Source of the DNA: Bacteroidota bacterium
Lineage (GTDB): Bacteria; Bacteroidota; Bacteroidia; Bacteroidales; GCA-2748055
DNA: 64,000 nt
Reading direction: 5' to 3'
NCBI GenBank assembly: GCA_049325415.1
Contig: JBMOLL010000071.1
Location: 5,440 to 69,439 of the forward strand
Shown here: piece after piece, positions 49,307 to 59,729 of the stretch
How the letters are laid out: each line of letters opens with the position of its first letter
Numbering within the stretch: position 1 is the first letter of the stretch
Notes under the pieces: model-generated
The model's database searches: none
The model's input: only the letters and a program-made list of their open reading frames with translations
Told to the model about the DNA's origin: nothing
Made by a program: the position numbers and the translations under genes

Positions 49307-49818
49307 GATTTTATACTTTTAAGATAATCTTCAATCCCTTCAATGGCTGAATGCAGTCTTTTTTCTCCCATTCCCGAAATGATACGGCAGGGATACCCGG
49401 CCTGAATGATTTCCTGCCGATACCGTTCATAAAGCAGCAGCCTGGCTTCCCCGCCATTTTCCCTTACCGGGTCGGGGTACCAGGGGAGATCGGGTTCGCA
49501 GAGCAGAAAAAGATTGACCGGTTTTGCTGCGATCAGTTCTTCAATCCGTTCATCCCTGAAAGCAAAGACAAGATCGAGCCACACTTTTGTAATCACCAGC
49601 CAGGTATCATAGATCACCATGCCCTCACGGGTCTGCATTGTCTCCGCGATCTGAACCCTGGCGATATTAAGCACATCCTCCAGGGTGTAGGGTCGCTCAA
49701 GTCCGGAAACATATTCCCGGGCATATTCCGGGACCCAGGTGCAGCCGTAATAATTTGCCAGAGCTGCTGAAAGTTCAGTTTTGCCAGTCGATTCAGGTCC
49801 GGTTACCACGATTCTCAT
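49303..49818 (-). CDS. NadR-type AAA ATPase / ribosylnicotinamide kinase-like protein (kinase domain only)
   Basis: The start at MRIVVTGPESTGKTEL (49818) forms an ATGA overlap with the pnuC stop. It has a P-loop and VPEYAREY. There is no NMN adenylyltransferase or HTH domain. Confidence 0.72.
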   Translation of the reverse strand: MRIVVTGPESTGKTELSAALANYYGCTWVPEYAREYVSGLERPYTLEDVLNIARVQIAETMQTREGMVIYDTWLVITKVWLDLVFAFRDERIEELIAAKPVNLFLLCEPDLPWYPDPVRENGGEARLLLYERYRQEIIQAGYPCRIISGMGEKRLHSAIEGIEDYLKSIKS

Positions 49819-50405
49819 GCTTCCCCCGTTTTTGAATCCAGTACTTTTTTCCATTCAAAATAGCCGGTAACTGCCATAACACTGTAAACCAAGAACAACA
49901 CTGCTGTAGGGTACAATCCACGGTAGAGGTAGAGTCCAAGGGAAACCAGGTCGACGACTATCCAGAGTAACCAGTGTCCGATGATTTTCCGTGTAAGCAT
50001 CCAGGTAGCTGTAATGCTCAGTGCCGTGGTAAAAGCATCCCAGTAAGGCAGTGGTGAATCGGTGAAGCGGCTGAGAATATAACCGCCCGACAGAAAGAGC
50101 AGCAATGAGATTATTCCCAGGAGCAGGTTCAGCCTGTTCCCCGCCCTTGTGACCGTGAGGGCAGCCTCCTCTCCCCTTCCCTTCCGGCTCCAGAGGATCC
50201 AGCCATAAATACTGATAAAAAAGTAATAGACATTCAGGCTCATATCGGCATAAAACCTGCTTTTGTAAAAGACCAGCACATAGAGCACCGCACTAATGAT
50301 CCCCACGGGCCACAGAAGTATATTCCGCCTGATGCTGAACCAGAGGTAAAGCAGGCTGAAGACAACTCCCGCGATCTCGACCCCGTGTTCAATCAGCCAT
50401 TCCAT
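49815..50405 (-). CDS. pnuC: Nicotinamide riboside transporter PnuC
   Basis: 196 aa with 7 TM helices. The conserved Trp-rich motifs (NILLWPVGIIS...; WMLTRK) are typical of PnuC. Confidence 0.82.
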   Translation of the reverse strand: MEWLIEHGVEIAGVVFSLLYLWFSIRRNILLWPVGIISAVLYVLVFYKSRFYADMSLNVYYFFISIYGWILWSRKGRGEEAALTVTRAGNRLNLLLGIISLLLFLSGGYILSRFTDSPLPYWDAFTTALSITATWMLTRKIIGHWLLWIVVDLVSLGLYLYRGLYPTAVLFLVYSVMAVTGYFEWKKVLDSKTGEA

Positions 50406-50412
50406 TCAACTG

Positions 50413-52008
50413 TCAGCTTTGAGGTTTCAGAATATCCCTGTAGAGCACGGGTTTTTCGAGAACCTCAACAGCTTTCTGGTAAGCCGGATCAACAACATTG
50501 AAAATCTCATAAAAGTCGGACGTCTCATAAAGGTCCCTGGCCAGGTAGGCCTTTATCAGGATGGTGATCATCTGTTCCGAGGTCCGGAATTCACTTTCGG
50601 CGAACGGGAGACCTTCCTGTGAAGCGTAGGCAACCAATTCCGAAAGGATCTGTTCGTTAACATCAAAATTCTTTCTGAATGAGCTGAAATCCCGAAAATT
50701 AAAGAGCAGTTCTGTCCGGTTGCGATCGACATAATTCAGTATAAACTGGTTCAGAATGCCACGGCTCAGGAGTGAGCGGTAATAATCGGAATAGCGGGTG
50801 GTATCCAGGGCCACAAAATAATCGGGCATGATTCCGCCGCCGCCATAGACCGTTCTTTTGAATTTCAGGGTGGTATACTTCTCCGAAGGAGGGAAGTGAA
50901 TGCTGTCGGCGGTGGAAAGTTCCCCTTTGTTGTAACGGTTGATCAGGTCCATTTCATAATCATCGAAGCCATCTTCGTAAGGCTTCTGGATCAGGCGTCC
51001 TGTTGGGGTATAATACCGGGCTACCGTGAGACGGATCAGGGAGCCGTCGTTTAGCTGGAAAGGTTGCTGGACCAGGCCTTTCCCGAATGAGCGCCTGCCA
51101 ACAATCACACCCCGGTCCCAGTCCTGAACCGCACCGGCCACAATCTCACTCGCCGAAGCCGAACTTTCGTTGATCATCAGTACAAGCCGGCCCTTTTCAA
51201 AAAGCCCTGCCGCACTTGCATTGTAATCACGGTGGGCGACTTTCCTCCCTTCAGTATAAACAATCCGCTGATTATCAACAAGAAACTGATCCGCCAGTTC
51301 AACGGCAGTCCGAAGATAACCGCCTCCGTTTCCGGAAAGATCAAGGATCAGGTCTTCCATACCCAACTCCTTAAGTTCCTTCAGTGCCGTTTCGAATTCC
51401 TCCGCCGAGGTCTGGGAGAACCTCGAAAGCTTGATGTATCCGATTTTCGGGGTAACCATGTAGGATGCATCAATGCTGTATACCGGGATCTTATCGCGGG
51501 TGATAGTAAATTCCATCAAATGGCTTGTATGTCTCCGTAAGACCGAGACATCCACCCTGGTCCCTTTTTTTCCCTTCAGTTTCGACTGAACATCACGAGA
51601 GGTGATGCCGGTCCCGGCTACATTTTCACTATTTATACGAATGATCCTGTCACCCGGCATGATCCCCACCCTTTCCGAGGGGCCACCCTGTATTGTGCTG
51701 ATAATAAATATTGTATCATTAAGCACATTAAAACTGACACCGATGCCTTCAAATTCGCCTTCCATCTGTTCATTGAGTTCGGTAAGTTCTTCCTCACTGA
51801 TATAGGAGGAGTGCGGATCGAGGTCGTGCAGCATATTGGTAATGACATTCTCCACGAACGACTGCTCATTGAGGGTATCGACATAGAAGCGGTTGATCTT
51901 GTCCATGACCTCCATCAGTTTCATGGATTGGGAATCCCACTGGGAATAGAGATCAGTCCTGAAAAGAGCGGTTAGCAGGAGGATGATTGTTACAAATCTT
52001 TTAGCCAT
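50413..52008 (-). CDS. S41 family C-terminal processing peptidase
   Basis: 531 aa with a signal peptide, a PDZ segment (GPSERVGIMPGDRIIRIN) and S41 catalytic motifs (NESSASASEI, SFGKGLVQ). Confidence 0.9.
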   Translation of the reverse strand: MAKRFVTIILLLTALFRTDLYSQWDSQSMKLMEVMDKINRFYVDTLNEQSFVENVITNMLHDLDPHSSYISEEELTELNEQMEGEFEGIGVSFNVLNDTIFIISTIQGGPSERVGIMPGDRIIRINSENVAGTGITSRDVQSKLKGKKGTRVDVSVLRRHTSHLMEFTITRDKIPVYSIDASYMVTPKIGYIKLSRFSQTSAEEFETALKELKELGMEDLILDLSGNGGGYLRTAVELADQFLVDNQRIVYTEGRKVAHRDYNASAAGLFEKGRLVLMINESSASASEIVAGAVQDWDRGVIVGRRSFGKGLVQQPFQLNDGSLIRLTVARYYTPTGRLIQKPYEDGFDDYEMDLINRYNKGELSTADSIHFPPSEKYTTLKFKRTVYGGGGIMPDYFVALDTTRYSDYYRSLLSRGILNQFILNYVDRNRTELLFNFRDFSSFRKNFDVNEQILSELVAYASQEGLPFAESEFRTSEQMITILIKAYLARDLYETSDFYEIFNVVDPAYQKAVEVLEKPVLYRDILKPQS

Positions 52009-52045
52009 AGAAATAAAAATTTGGAAACAGGCTGAATAAAAATAT

Positions 52046-52084
52046 CAAAAGCCGGAGGAACAGATGCCTCCGGACTCCTTTTTG
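52046..52084 (-). terminator. Hairpin downstream of guaA (possible terminator)
   Basis: Stem ccggagg/cctccgg with an 8-nt loop. Short T-runs flank it on both strands. Confidence 0.45.
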
Positions 52085-52130
52085 GTTTCAGCCGTAAATA
52101 TAACCAATTAATGCTTTAAATGTTGAGATC

Positions 52131-53660
52131 TCACTCCCATTCTATGGTAGCAGGCGGTTTGGAACTGATGTCATAAACGACGCGGTTTATGCCTTTGACC
52201 TTGTTTATGATATCATTGGATATTCTGGCGAGGAACTCGGGAGGAAGATGGGCCCAGTCAGCTGTCATACCATCGGTTGAAGTAACGGCTCTCAGAGCCA
52301 CAACAAATTCATAGGTACGTTCATCACCCATCACTCCGACCGACTGTACGGGCAGCAGGATGGCTCCGGCCTGCCATACCCTGTCGTACAGACCAAATTT
52401 CTTCAGTCCTTCGATATAGATATGGTCTGCTTCCTGGAGAAGGGCAATTTTCTCCCGGGTGATCTTACCCAGGACACGGATAGCCAGTCCGGGGCCCGGA
52501 AAGGGATGGCGATGAAGGAACTGAGGGCTGATCCCTAGGGCATTCCCCACTCTTCTCACCTCATCTTTGAAGAGCAGGCGAAGGGGTTCAACTACTTTGA
52601 GATGCATTTTTTCCGGCAGTCCGCCCACATTATGGTGGGATTTTATGGTAGCCGACGGTCCGTTTACAGAGACCGATTCAATGACATCCGGGTAGATCGT
52701 TCCCTGGGCGAGCCATCCTGCCCCGGATATCTTCCGTGCTTCGGCTTCAAAGACTTCGATGAAGTTCTTTCCGATACTTTTCCTTTTGGCTTCAGGGTCT
52801 TCAATGTTTTCAAGGTCATTCAGGAATTTATCCGATGCATCGACACCAATAACATTCAGCCCCATGTCTTTGTAAGAGGCAAGAACAGTTTCAAACTCTC
52901 CCTTGCGAAGCAGACCGTTATCAACAAAGATGGCGGTGAGGTTTTTACCTATGGCCCTGTTCAGCAAAACGGCAGCCACGGTAGAATCGACCCCGCCCGA
53001 TAGTCCAAGGATCACCTGGTCGTCGCCAAGTTTAGTTTTCAATTCGCTGACGGTAGATTCGATAAATGATTCCGGGGTCCATTCGCTATGGCAGCCGCAT
53101 ATATCGCGCAGAAAATTTCCGAGGATCTGTTTCCCTTCGGATGTATGGTATACTTCGGGATGGAACTGCAAACCGAAGGTAAGTTCATCGCTGGCCTGGT
53201 AGGCACCGACTTTCACATCGTGAGTGCTTGCAATGATACGGTAGTTCTCCGGCAGGGATATGATGGAATCACCATGCGACATCCATACCTGGGTACCCTG
53301 ACTGAGATTTTTCAACAGCGGTGAATCCCCGTCGATCGTTTCAAGTCTTGCCCTGCCATATTCCCGGGTGTTGCTTGCCTGGACTTCTCCGCCGTAAAAA
53401 TGGGAAAGATACTGTGCACCATAACATATTCCGAGCAGGGGCAGTTTTCCTTTGATCCCGGACAGGTCGGGCAATGGAGCACCGGCATCTCTTACCGAAA
53501 AGGGACTGCCGGAGAGGATCACCCCTCTGACTTCCGGATCAGGTTCCGGAAAATGATTATAGGGATGGATCTCACAATACACGGAATTTTCCCTTACCTT
53601 CCTGGCGATCAGCTGGGTATACTGGGAACCGAAATCAAGAATCAGGATCTTTTCTTTCAC
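52131..53660 (-). CDS. guaA: GMP synthase (glutamine-hydrolysing)
   Basis: 509 aa with GATase motif [12 protein letters not shown]-PPase P-loop GLSGGVDST and the C-terminal ATIEWE. Confidence 0.95.
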   Translation of the reverse strand: MKEKILILDFGSQYTQLIARKVRENSVYCEIHPYNHFPEPDPEVRGVILSGSPFSVRDAGAPLPDLSGIKGKLPLLGICYGAQYLSHFYGGEVQASNTREYGRARLETIDGDSPLLKNLSQGTQVWMSHGDSIISLPENYRIIASTHDVKVGAYQASDELTFGLQFHPEVYHTSEGKQILGNFLRDICGCHSEWTPESFIESTVSELKTKLGDDQVILGLSGGVDSTVAAVLLNRAIGKNLTAIFVDNGLLRKGEFETVLASYKDMGLNVIGVDASDKFLNDLENIEDPEAKRKSIGKNFIEVFEAEARKISGAGWLAQGTIYPDVIESVSVNGPSATIKSHHNVGGLPEKMHLKVVEPLRLLFKDEVRRVGNALGISPQFLHRHPFPGPGLAIRVLGKITREKIALLQEADHIYIEGLKKFGLYDRVWQAGAILLPVQSVGVMGDERTYEFVVALRAVTSTDGMTADWAHLPPEFLARISNDIINKVKGINRVVYDISSKPPATIEWE

Positions 53661-53731
53661 GGGAGCACACGGTTTAAATTCATATCTGGATGCAAAAGTA
53701 GCATATCCTTTTTAATAAGCAGGACATTTTT

Positions 53732-54676
53732 TCATGGCTTATCAACTTCCGTTGAAACCCTTGTCAGGGGCAGGCTGAAGCGATCGCCGTCGTTGACATC
53801 GCTGGTCTCCGGAAATACGGTACGTGCTTCACCGATCAGTTCTTCGAGGTCCTTGTAGCGGGAGGAAAAATGCCCGATCAGCAGCCTACCTGCACCGGCC
53901 TGTTCCGCCATAAGGGCAGCTTCCCTCGCAGTGGAATGCCAGGTTTCACGGGCTAGTTTCAGATCTTTTTCCATGAAAGTGGCCTCATGGAAAAGCAGAT
54001 CGACTCCCCGGATATACGGAACAAGCGAGGGAGTGAACTTTGTGTCGGAAAGGTAGGCATACGACCGGGAATGCCAGGCGGGCAGGGTCAGTTCCTTATT
54101 GGGGATCATACGCCCGTCGGCTGTGGTATAATCTTCCCCCTTTTTAATCCTCATGATATCGGCAACACCCACTCCCAGTTCCCCGATCCTGTCTTTCCGA
54201 ACATTCAGTAACCTGTCTTTTTCCCTGAACAGATACCCCAGGGTGGGAGTCCGGTGCTTTAGTTCCAGGGCAGTAACCGTAATCCGGGAATCCTCATAAA
54301 TAACAGCAGGCAGAGGACCAGTCGGAGTATTGAACTTAAGTGGAAAGGGCAAGGGTCCGAAAAACCGGAGATGAGTTTCGAGCAACTCTTCGAGGGCAGG
54401 CGGGCCGTAGATATTCAGGTCGGCTTTCCGGCCCATAAGCCCGAAGGTGGAGATCAGTCCGAAAAGGCCAAAAACATGATCACCGTGCAGATGGGAGATG
54501 AAAATATGGTTGATCCGGGCCGGGCTGAGTCCGAACCTGCGCAGTTGAACCTGCGTTCCCTCCCCGCAGTCGATTAAAAAAAACCGCTCATTCACATTGA
54601 GCAAATGAGCGGTTGGAAAACGTTTTGAGGTAGGTAAAGCAGAACTACTACCTAATATGGTAAGTTCAAAAGTCAC
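53732..54676 (-). CDS. rnz: Ribonuclease Z
   Basis: 314-aa metallo-beta-lactamase fold with the HLHGDH motif and N-terminal LTILGSSSALPT. Confidence 0.9.
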   Translation of the reverse strand: MTFELTILGSSSALPTSKRFPTAHLLNVNERFFLIDCGEGTQVQLRRFGLSPARINHIFISHLHGDHVFGLFGLISTFGLMGRKADLNIYGPPALEELLETHLRFFGPLPFPLKFNTPTGPLPAVIYEDSRITVTALELKHRTPTLGYLFREKDRLLNVRKDRIGELGVGVADIMRIKKGEDYTTADGRMIPNKELTLPAWHSRSYAYLSDTKFTPSLVPYIRGVDLLFHEATFMEKDLKLARETWHSTAREAALMAEQAGAGRLLIGHFSSRYKDLEELIGEARTVFPETSDVNDGDRFSLPLTRVSTEVDKP

Positions 54677-54691
54677 AAAGCTATAACCTCT

Positions 54692-55039
54692 TTATTCAGC
54701 TTCTTTAATCATCGTCTCGGCCGATGCCAGATTATTGGAGATATTGAGCACCGTATCTAGCTGGGAAATGGTGATGAGACGTTCCACGGCATCATTCAGG
54801 CCGATCAGTACAAAAGTACCTCCGGCATTCTTGCAGAGCCTGTTAGCAACGAGAATTGCACTCAGACCGGAGGAATCGCAATACCTGCAGTTCTCCAGGT
54901 CAAGAATGATATTCTTCTCACCATTACCGGACACGAGCACCAGCTCAGATTTGAGCGAAGGCGCGATATGCGTATCCAGTTTTTCTTCCAATACTTTGAT
55001 CAAAGTATGGTTTTCAAACTTATCAATTTTGAACTCCAT
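54692..55039 (-). CDS. STAS-domain anti-sigma-factor antagonist
   Basis: 115 aa. The motif CRYCDSSGLSAILVAN retains the conserved Ser56. It lies between rpsA and rnz on the same strand. Confidence 0.8.
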   Translation of the reverse strand: MEFKIDKFENHTLIKVLEEKLDTHIAPSLKSELVLVSGNGEKNIILDLENCRYCDSSGLSAILVANRLCKNAGGTFVLIGLNDAVERLITISQLDTVLNISNNLASAETMIKEAE

Positions 55040-55067
55040 AGCTGAAAAATTTAGTTTTTTAGGATTA

Positions 55068-57131
55068 TTATTCTTCTCCTTTTTTGCTTCCAGCCTTTTT
55101 CTTTACCTCTTTTTCCATTTCATCCTTCAGGGCAGCCAGTTCGGAAATGTCGCCGAGTGTGGTTTTTTCGAGGCTGCTTTTCAGCTTTTTGGTTGCTTTA
55201 CGTGCAGCGGCATCTTCTGCTTTCTTCCCATCCTGTTCAACATTTTTCTTTTCATCTTCAAAGATCCTGCTGTGTGAAAGGATGATTTTCTTGGCAGATT
55301 TGTTAAACTCAATAACCTTGAAGGAAAGTTTTTCATCAACCCGTGCAGGTGATCCGTCTTCCTTTACAAGGTGTTTGGGAGTAACAAAACCTTCAACACC
55401 ATAAGGCAGTGCAATTACAGCCCCTTTGTCCATCATTTCAACGATCGTTCCTTCGTGAACTGTATCTACCTCGAAGATGCTTTCGAACACATCCCATGGA
55501 TTTTCTTCAAGCTGCTTGTGTCCAAGGCTGAGGCGTCTGTTTTCCTTGTCAATTTCCAGTACAACTACTTCAATATCAGCGCCTATTGCCGTAAACTCTG
55601 CGGGATGCTTGATCTTTTTGGTCCATGAAAGGTCTGAAATATGAATCAGGCCGTCAACACCTTCTTCGATCTCTACAAACACACCGAAGTTAGTAAAGTT
55701 ACGAACTTTTGCGGTATGTTTACTACCCACGGCATATTTTTCTTCAATTTTTTCCCACGGGTCATTCTTCAGTTGCTTAATGCCCAGCGACATTTTCCTT
55801 TCGTCGCGGTCGAGGGTCAGGATGACGGCTTCGACTTCATCGCCGACATTCATGAACTCCTGAGCACTTCTGAGGTGCTGTGACCAGGACATTTCGGAAA
55901 CGTGAATGAGGCCTTCCACTCCGGGTGCAATTTCAACAAAGGCACCATAGTCGGCCATAACCACCACTTTGCCTTTCACGCGGTCGCCTACTTTCATCCC
56001 GGCATCCAGTGAATCCCACGGGTGAGCGGTCAGCTGTTTGAGACCAAGGGCGATCCTCTTCTTATCGTCGTCGAAATCAAGGATAACCACATTGAGTTTC
56101 TGATCGAGCTGGACAATCTCTTCGGGATGATTAACGCGTCCCCAGGAAAGGTCGGTAATGTGAATGAGACCATCTACACCGCCCAGGTCAATGAATACAC
56201 CGTAAGAGGTGATGTTCTTGACGGTACCTTCAAGCACCTGTCCTTTTTCCAGCTTGGCAATAATCTCTTTCTTCTGCTGTTCGAGTTCCTCTTCGATAAG
56301 TGCTTTGTGGGAAACCACAACGTTTTTGAATTCGTGGTTGATTTTGACCACCTTGAATTCCATGGTTTTTCCAACGTATGCATCATAGTCGCGGATCGGT
56401 TTGACATCGATCTGGGAACCGGGAAGGAAGGCTTCGATGCCGAATACATCGACGATCATACCACCTTTGGTCCTGCACTTGATGTAACCCTTGATCACCT
56501 CGTCGTTGTCGAGCGACTGGTTGACGCGGTCCCATGAACGCATAGCGCGTGCTTTCTTATGTGAAAGGACCAGCTGACCTTTTTTGTCTTCCTGGCTCTC
56601 CACATATACCTCCACGGTGTCACCGGGCTTCAGTTCAGGATTGTACCTGAACTCGTTCAGGCTTACAACACCTTCTGATTTGTACCCGATATTGATGACA
56701 ACTTCCCTTTTATTCAGGGAGATCACCGTACCTTCCACCACTTCATTCTCAGCAATGGTTGAAAGGGTTTTGTCGTACATTTCGGCAAACCTGTTTCTTT
56801 CCGACGGTACGTAGGCATCATTCTTGTTGTTGATGGTCGACCAGTCGAAATCGGCAATACCAGTGTCAGATTTCACCGCTGATTTCTCAGCTGCTTTTAC
56901 TTCAGGTGCAGTTTTCTTTTCAGCAACAGGAGCAACTTCTTCAGGAGCAACTTCTGTTTCCGCAACCACTTCTTCAGTTTTTTCTTCGGCTTCAGCAGAA
57001 ACCTCTTCCACCTCCTCTTTCAGGGGAGCTTCATTTTCGTTTACCGGTGCAGCACTCTCCGCTGCCTGATTTTCAACACCCTCAGTTTGTTCCAATTCAT
57101 TCTGTAAGGCATCCTTTTCAATTTCACTCAT
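55068..57131 (-). CDS. rpsA: 30S ribosomal protein S1 with an acidic N-terminal extension
   Basis: 687 aa with six S1 (OB) repeats, for example GTVISLNKREVVINIGYKSEGVV and GTVKNITSYGVFIDLGGVDGLIHITD. These are preceded by ~95 aa of Glu/Ala/Val-rich low-complexity sequence and followed by a Lys/Glu-rich tail. Confidence 0.95.
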   Translation of the reverse strand: MSEIEKDALQNELEQTEGVENQAAESAAPVNENEAPLKEEVEEVSAEAEEKTEEVVAETEVAPEEVAPVAEKKTAPEVKAAEKSAVKSDTGIADFDWSTINNKNDAYVPSERNRFAEMYDKTLSTIAENEVVEGTVISLNKREVVINIGYKSEGVVSLNEFRYNPELKPGDTVEVYVESQEDKKGQLVLSHKKARAMRSWDRVNQSLDNDEVIKGYIKCRTKGGMIVDVFGIEAFLPGSQIDVKPIRDYDAYVGKTMEFKVVKINHEFKNVVVSHKALIEEELEQQKKEIIAKLEKGQVLEGTVKNITSYGVFIDLGGVDGLIHITDLSWGRVNHPEEIVQLDQKLNVVILDFDDDKKRIALGLKQLTAHPWDSLDAGMKVGDRVKGKVVVMADYGAFVEIAPGVEGLIHVSEMSWSQHLRSAQEFMNVGDEVEAVILTLDRDERKMSLGIKQLKNDPWEKIEEKYAVGSKHTAKVRNFTNFGVFVEIEEGVDGLIHISDLSWTKKIKHPAEFTAIGADIEVVVLEIDKENRRLSLGHKQLEENPWDVFESIFEVDTVHEGTIVEMMDKGAVIALPYGVEGFVTPKHLVKEDGSPARVDEKLSFKVIEFNKSAKKIILSHSRIFEDEKKNVEQDGKKAEDAAARKATKKLKSSLEKTTLGDISELAALKDEMEKEVKKKAGSKKGEE

Positions 57132-57185
57132 TTGATAAATCAGTTAAAATTAATAAGTTAGACATTATGTTTTTTAAACGCGCCG

Positions 57186-57193
57186 CAAAGATA
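57186..57193 (-). promoter_or_regulatory. Bacteroidota -7 promoter motif (TAtcTTTG) upstream of rpsA
   Basis: The reverse complement of caaagata is TATCTTTG, matching TAnnTTTG. It lies about 54 nt upstream of the rpsA ATG. Confidence 0.4.
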
Positions 57194-57453
57194 AGCTTTT
57201 CCTTCAAAAAAGGCTAATTTTCAGGAAAATATTACAGAAAATCTACGGGTTGTTTTTAAGCAGGCCCAACGGCTCCTGGAAGGGGCCAAAAGTAAAAACC
57301 AGGGCCCTGTCCCAATCCGATAAAAACTGTATTTTTACATTCCGGCAGTAAAACAATGAAAAATTCGCTTTTGCAGCCCTTTTCCGGACATTCCGGAAGC
57401 TATGCCGGTATTTAAATAAATGTTTAAATTTTAATATTTTAACCGCTGAATAG

Positions 57454-58788
57454 ATGAAAATAACCGTTATAGGCACGGGCTATGTCGGACTGGTTACCGG
57501 TACCTGTTTTGCAGAAAGCGGGATTACGGTATCCTGTGTCGATATCGATGAAAACAAGATCGAACGGCTGAAGAAGGGTGAAGTTCCGATTTACGAACCC
57601 GGGCTGGAAAGTATGATCCATACCAATGTGGAAAAGGGACGCCTGTTTTTTTCCACCGACCTTGAAGAGGGTCTGAAGGAAAGTGAAGCCGTATTTATCG
57701 CGGTAGGAACACCTCCGGATGAAGACGGTTCGGCCGACCTTAAACATGTTCTGGCAGCGGCATCCGAAGTGGGCCGACTGATGGACAGTTACCTTGTTAT
57801 CGTCACGAAAAGCACCGTACCGATCCACACGGCTGAAAAGGTCCGAGGAGCCATCCAGACAGCTCTGGATGAACGGGGAGCCGAAATTCCGTTTGATGTG
57901 GCTTCAAATCCGGAATTCCTGAAAGAAGGTGCTGCAATCAGCGATTTTATGAAACCCGACCGCATCGTGATCGGAACAGACTCCGAGCGTGCCGAAAAGA
58001 TCCTGAAGAGGTTGTACAAACCCTTTCTGCTGAACGGCCACCCGATGATCATCATGGATATCCCCTCAGCCGAAATGACCAAATATGCTGCCAATGCAAT
58101 GCTGGCTACCAAGATCACCTTTATGAATGATATTGCCAACCTGTGCGAGATTGTAGGAGCCGACATTAATCTGGTGCGTAAGGGCATCGGAAGCGACAGC
58201 CGCATTGGAAACCAGTTTATCTATGCCGGTGCGGGCTACGGCGGATCCTGCTTCCCCAAAGATGTAAATGCACTGATCCGTACGGGACAGGCATACGGCC
58301 AGCCACTGGAGATCCTGCAGGCTGTCGACCGGGTAAATGCCCGACAGAAATCGGTCCTTGCAGCAAAGGTCCTGGCTCATTTCAATGGCTCCGTCAGGGG
58401 AAAAACTTTTGCCATCTGGGGCCTTTCCTTCAAGCCCAACACCGACGACATGCGCGAGGCTCCTTCCCTGGTGGTAATCAGCCAGCTTCTGAAGGAAGGT
58501 GCCCGGATACGGGTATACGATCCTGTTGCCATGGAAGTGGCACAGGGTATCCTGGGCGACACGGTAAGTTATTCCAGGGAACGCTATGAAGCCCTGATTG
58601 ATGCCGATGGCCTGATTGTCATTACCGAATGGTCGGAGTTCAGGGTCCCGAACTACCGGGTTATGGAAAAACTGATGAAAGAAAAGGTTATATTTGACGG
58701 CAGGAACATTTATGAGCCCTCGGAGCTGATCGAATACGGATTCACCTATTACAGCATAGGCAGAAAACCTTACAAGCCCCATTTATGA
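57454..58788 (+). CDS. ugd: UDP-glucose 6-dehydrogenase
   Basis: 444 aa with [16 protein letters not shown] and the catalytic GGSCFPKD motif. Confidence 0.95.
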   Translation: MKITVIGTGYVGLVTGTCFAESGITVSCVDIDENKIERLKKGEVPIYEPGLESMIHTNVEKGRLFFSTDLEEGLKESEAVFIAVGTPPDEDGSADLKHVLAAASEVGRLMDSYLVIVTKSTVPIHTAEKVRGAIQTALDERGAEIPFDVASNPEFLKEGAAISDFMKPDRIVIGTDSERAEKILKRLYKPFLLNGHPMIIMDIPSAEMTKYAANAMLATKITFMNDIANLCEIVGADINLVRKGIGSDSRIGNQFIYAGAGYGGSCFPKDVNALIRTGQAYGQPLEILQAVDRVNARQKSVLAAKVLAHFNGSVRGKTFAIWGLSFKPNTDDMREAPSLVVISQLLKEGARIRVYDPVAMEVAQGILGDTVSYSRERYEALIDADGLIVITEWSEFRVPNYRVMEKLMKEKVIFDGRNIYEPSELIEYGFTYYSIGRKPYKPHL

Positions 58789-59729
58789 AGAAAAGAATAC
58801 TGGTTACCGGAGGTGCCGGATTCATTGGTTCGCACCTGTGTGAAAAGCTTCTCCGCGAAGGAAATGAAGTGATCTGCGTGGATAATTACTTCACAGGGTC
58901 AAAGAGCAATATTGTTCAGCTCCTGGATCAGCCCTATTTTGAGCTGGTCCGCCATGACGTGACAGTCCCCTACTATGCCGAAGTGGACGAGATTTACAAC
59001 CTGGCCTGCCCTGCCAGCCCGGTTCATTACCAGTATAACCCGATCAAGACCATCAAAACCTCGGTGATGGGCGCCATCAATATGCTCGGGCTGGCAAAAA
59101 GGGTAAAGGCAAGGATCCTCCAGGCATCTACAAGTGAAGTATATGGTGATCCCGAGATCCACCCGCAGCCGGAAAGCTACTGGGGACATGTCAACCCGGT
59201 CGGGATCAGATCGTGTTACGACGAAGGCAAGCGTTGCGCGGAAACCCTTTTCATGGATTATCATACCCAGAATAAGGTCAAAATCAAGATTATAAGAATC
59301 TTTAACACCTATGGACCCAGGATGCACCCCAATGACGGACGGGTAGTCTCCAATTTTATAGTTCAGGCGCTTCAGAACAAGGATATTACCATCTATGGCG
59401 ACGGATCACAGACGCGCAGTTTTCAGTACATCGATGATCTGATCGAAGGAATGAGCCGTATGATGGCCACCCCGGATGAAATTACCGGGCCGGTCAATAT
59501 TGGCAACCCGGATGAATTCACCATTATGCAACTGGCCCAAAAAGTGATGGAAATCACAGGGTCCAGATCGAAACTGGTCTTTTTGCCATTGCCGCAGGAT
59601 GATCCCATTCAGCGTAAGCCCGACATTTCGCTGGCAAAGGAAATACTCGGCAACTGGAAACCGGCTGTTGCACTCGATCAGGGACTGCGGCTGACCATTG
59701 ATTATTTTGACAAACTCCTATCCCGATGA
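58785..59729 (+). CDS. UDP-glucuronate decarboxylase (UDP-xylose synthase family SDR)
   Basis: 314 aa with [21 protein letters not shown] and YDEGKR. It has an ATGA overlap with ugd. Confidence 0.88.
   Translation: MKKRILVTGGAGFIGSHLCEKLLREGNEVICVDNYFTGSKSNIVQLLDQPYFELVRHDVTVPYYAEVDEIYNLACPASPVHYQYNPIKTIKTSVMGAINMLGLAKRVKARILQASTSEVYGDPEIHPQPESYWGHVNPVGIRSCYDEGKRCAETLFMDYHTQNKVKIKIIRIFNTYGPRMHPNDGRVVSNFIVQALQNKDITIYGDGSQTRSFQYIDDLIEGMSRMMATPDEITGPVNIGNPDEFTIMQLAQKVMEITGSRSKLVFLPLPQDDPIQRKPDISLAKEILGNWKPAVALDQGLRLTIDYFDKLLSR

Noticed and set aside
56880-57070. Short direct DNA repeats (aggagcaacttct, twice, plus related units)
   Set aside because: They lie in frame within rpsA and encode the EEVAP/EEV low-complexity acidic extension. 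They are not a CRISPR array or intergenic repeat.
58066-58782. 238-aa minus-strand ORF opposite ugd
   Set aside because: It is antisense to UDP-glucose dehydrogenase and has no motif support. Many shorter antisense ORFs in the track were rejected for the same reason, for example 1637-2077, 2078-2497, 5278-5745, 16226-16783, 29485-30048, 32304-32837 and 35563-36066.
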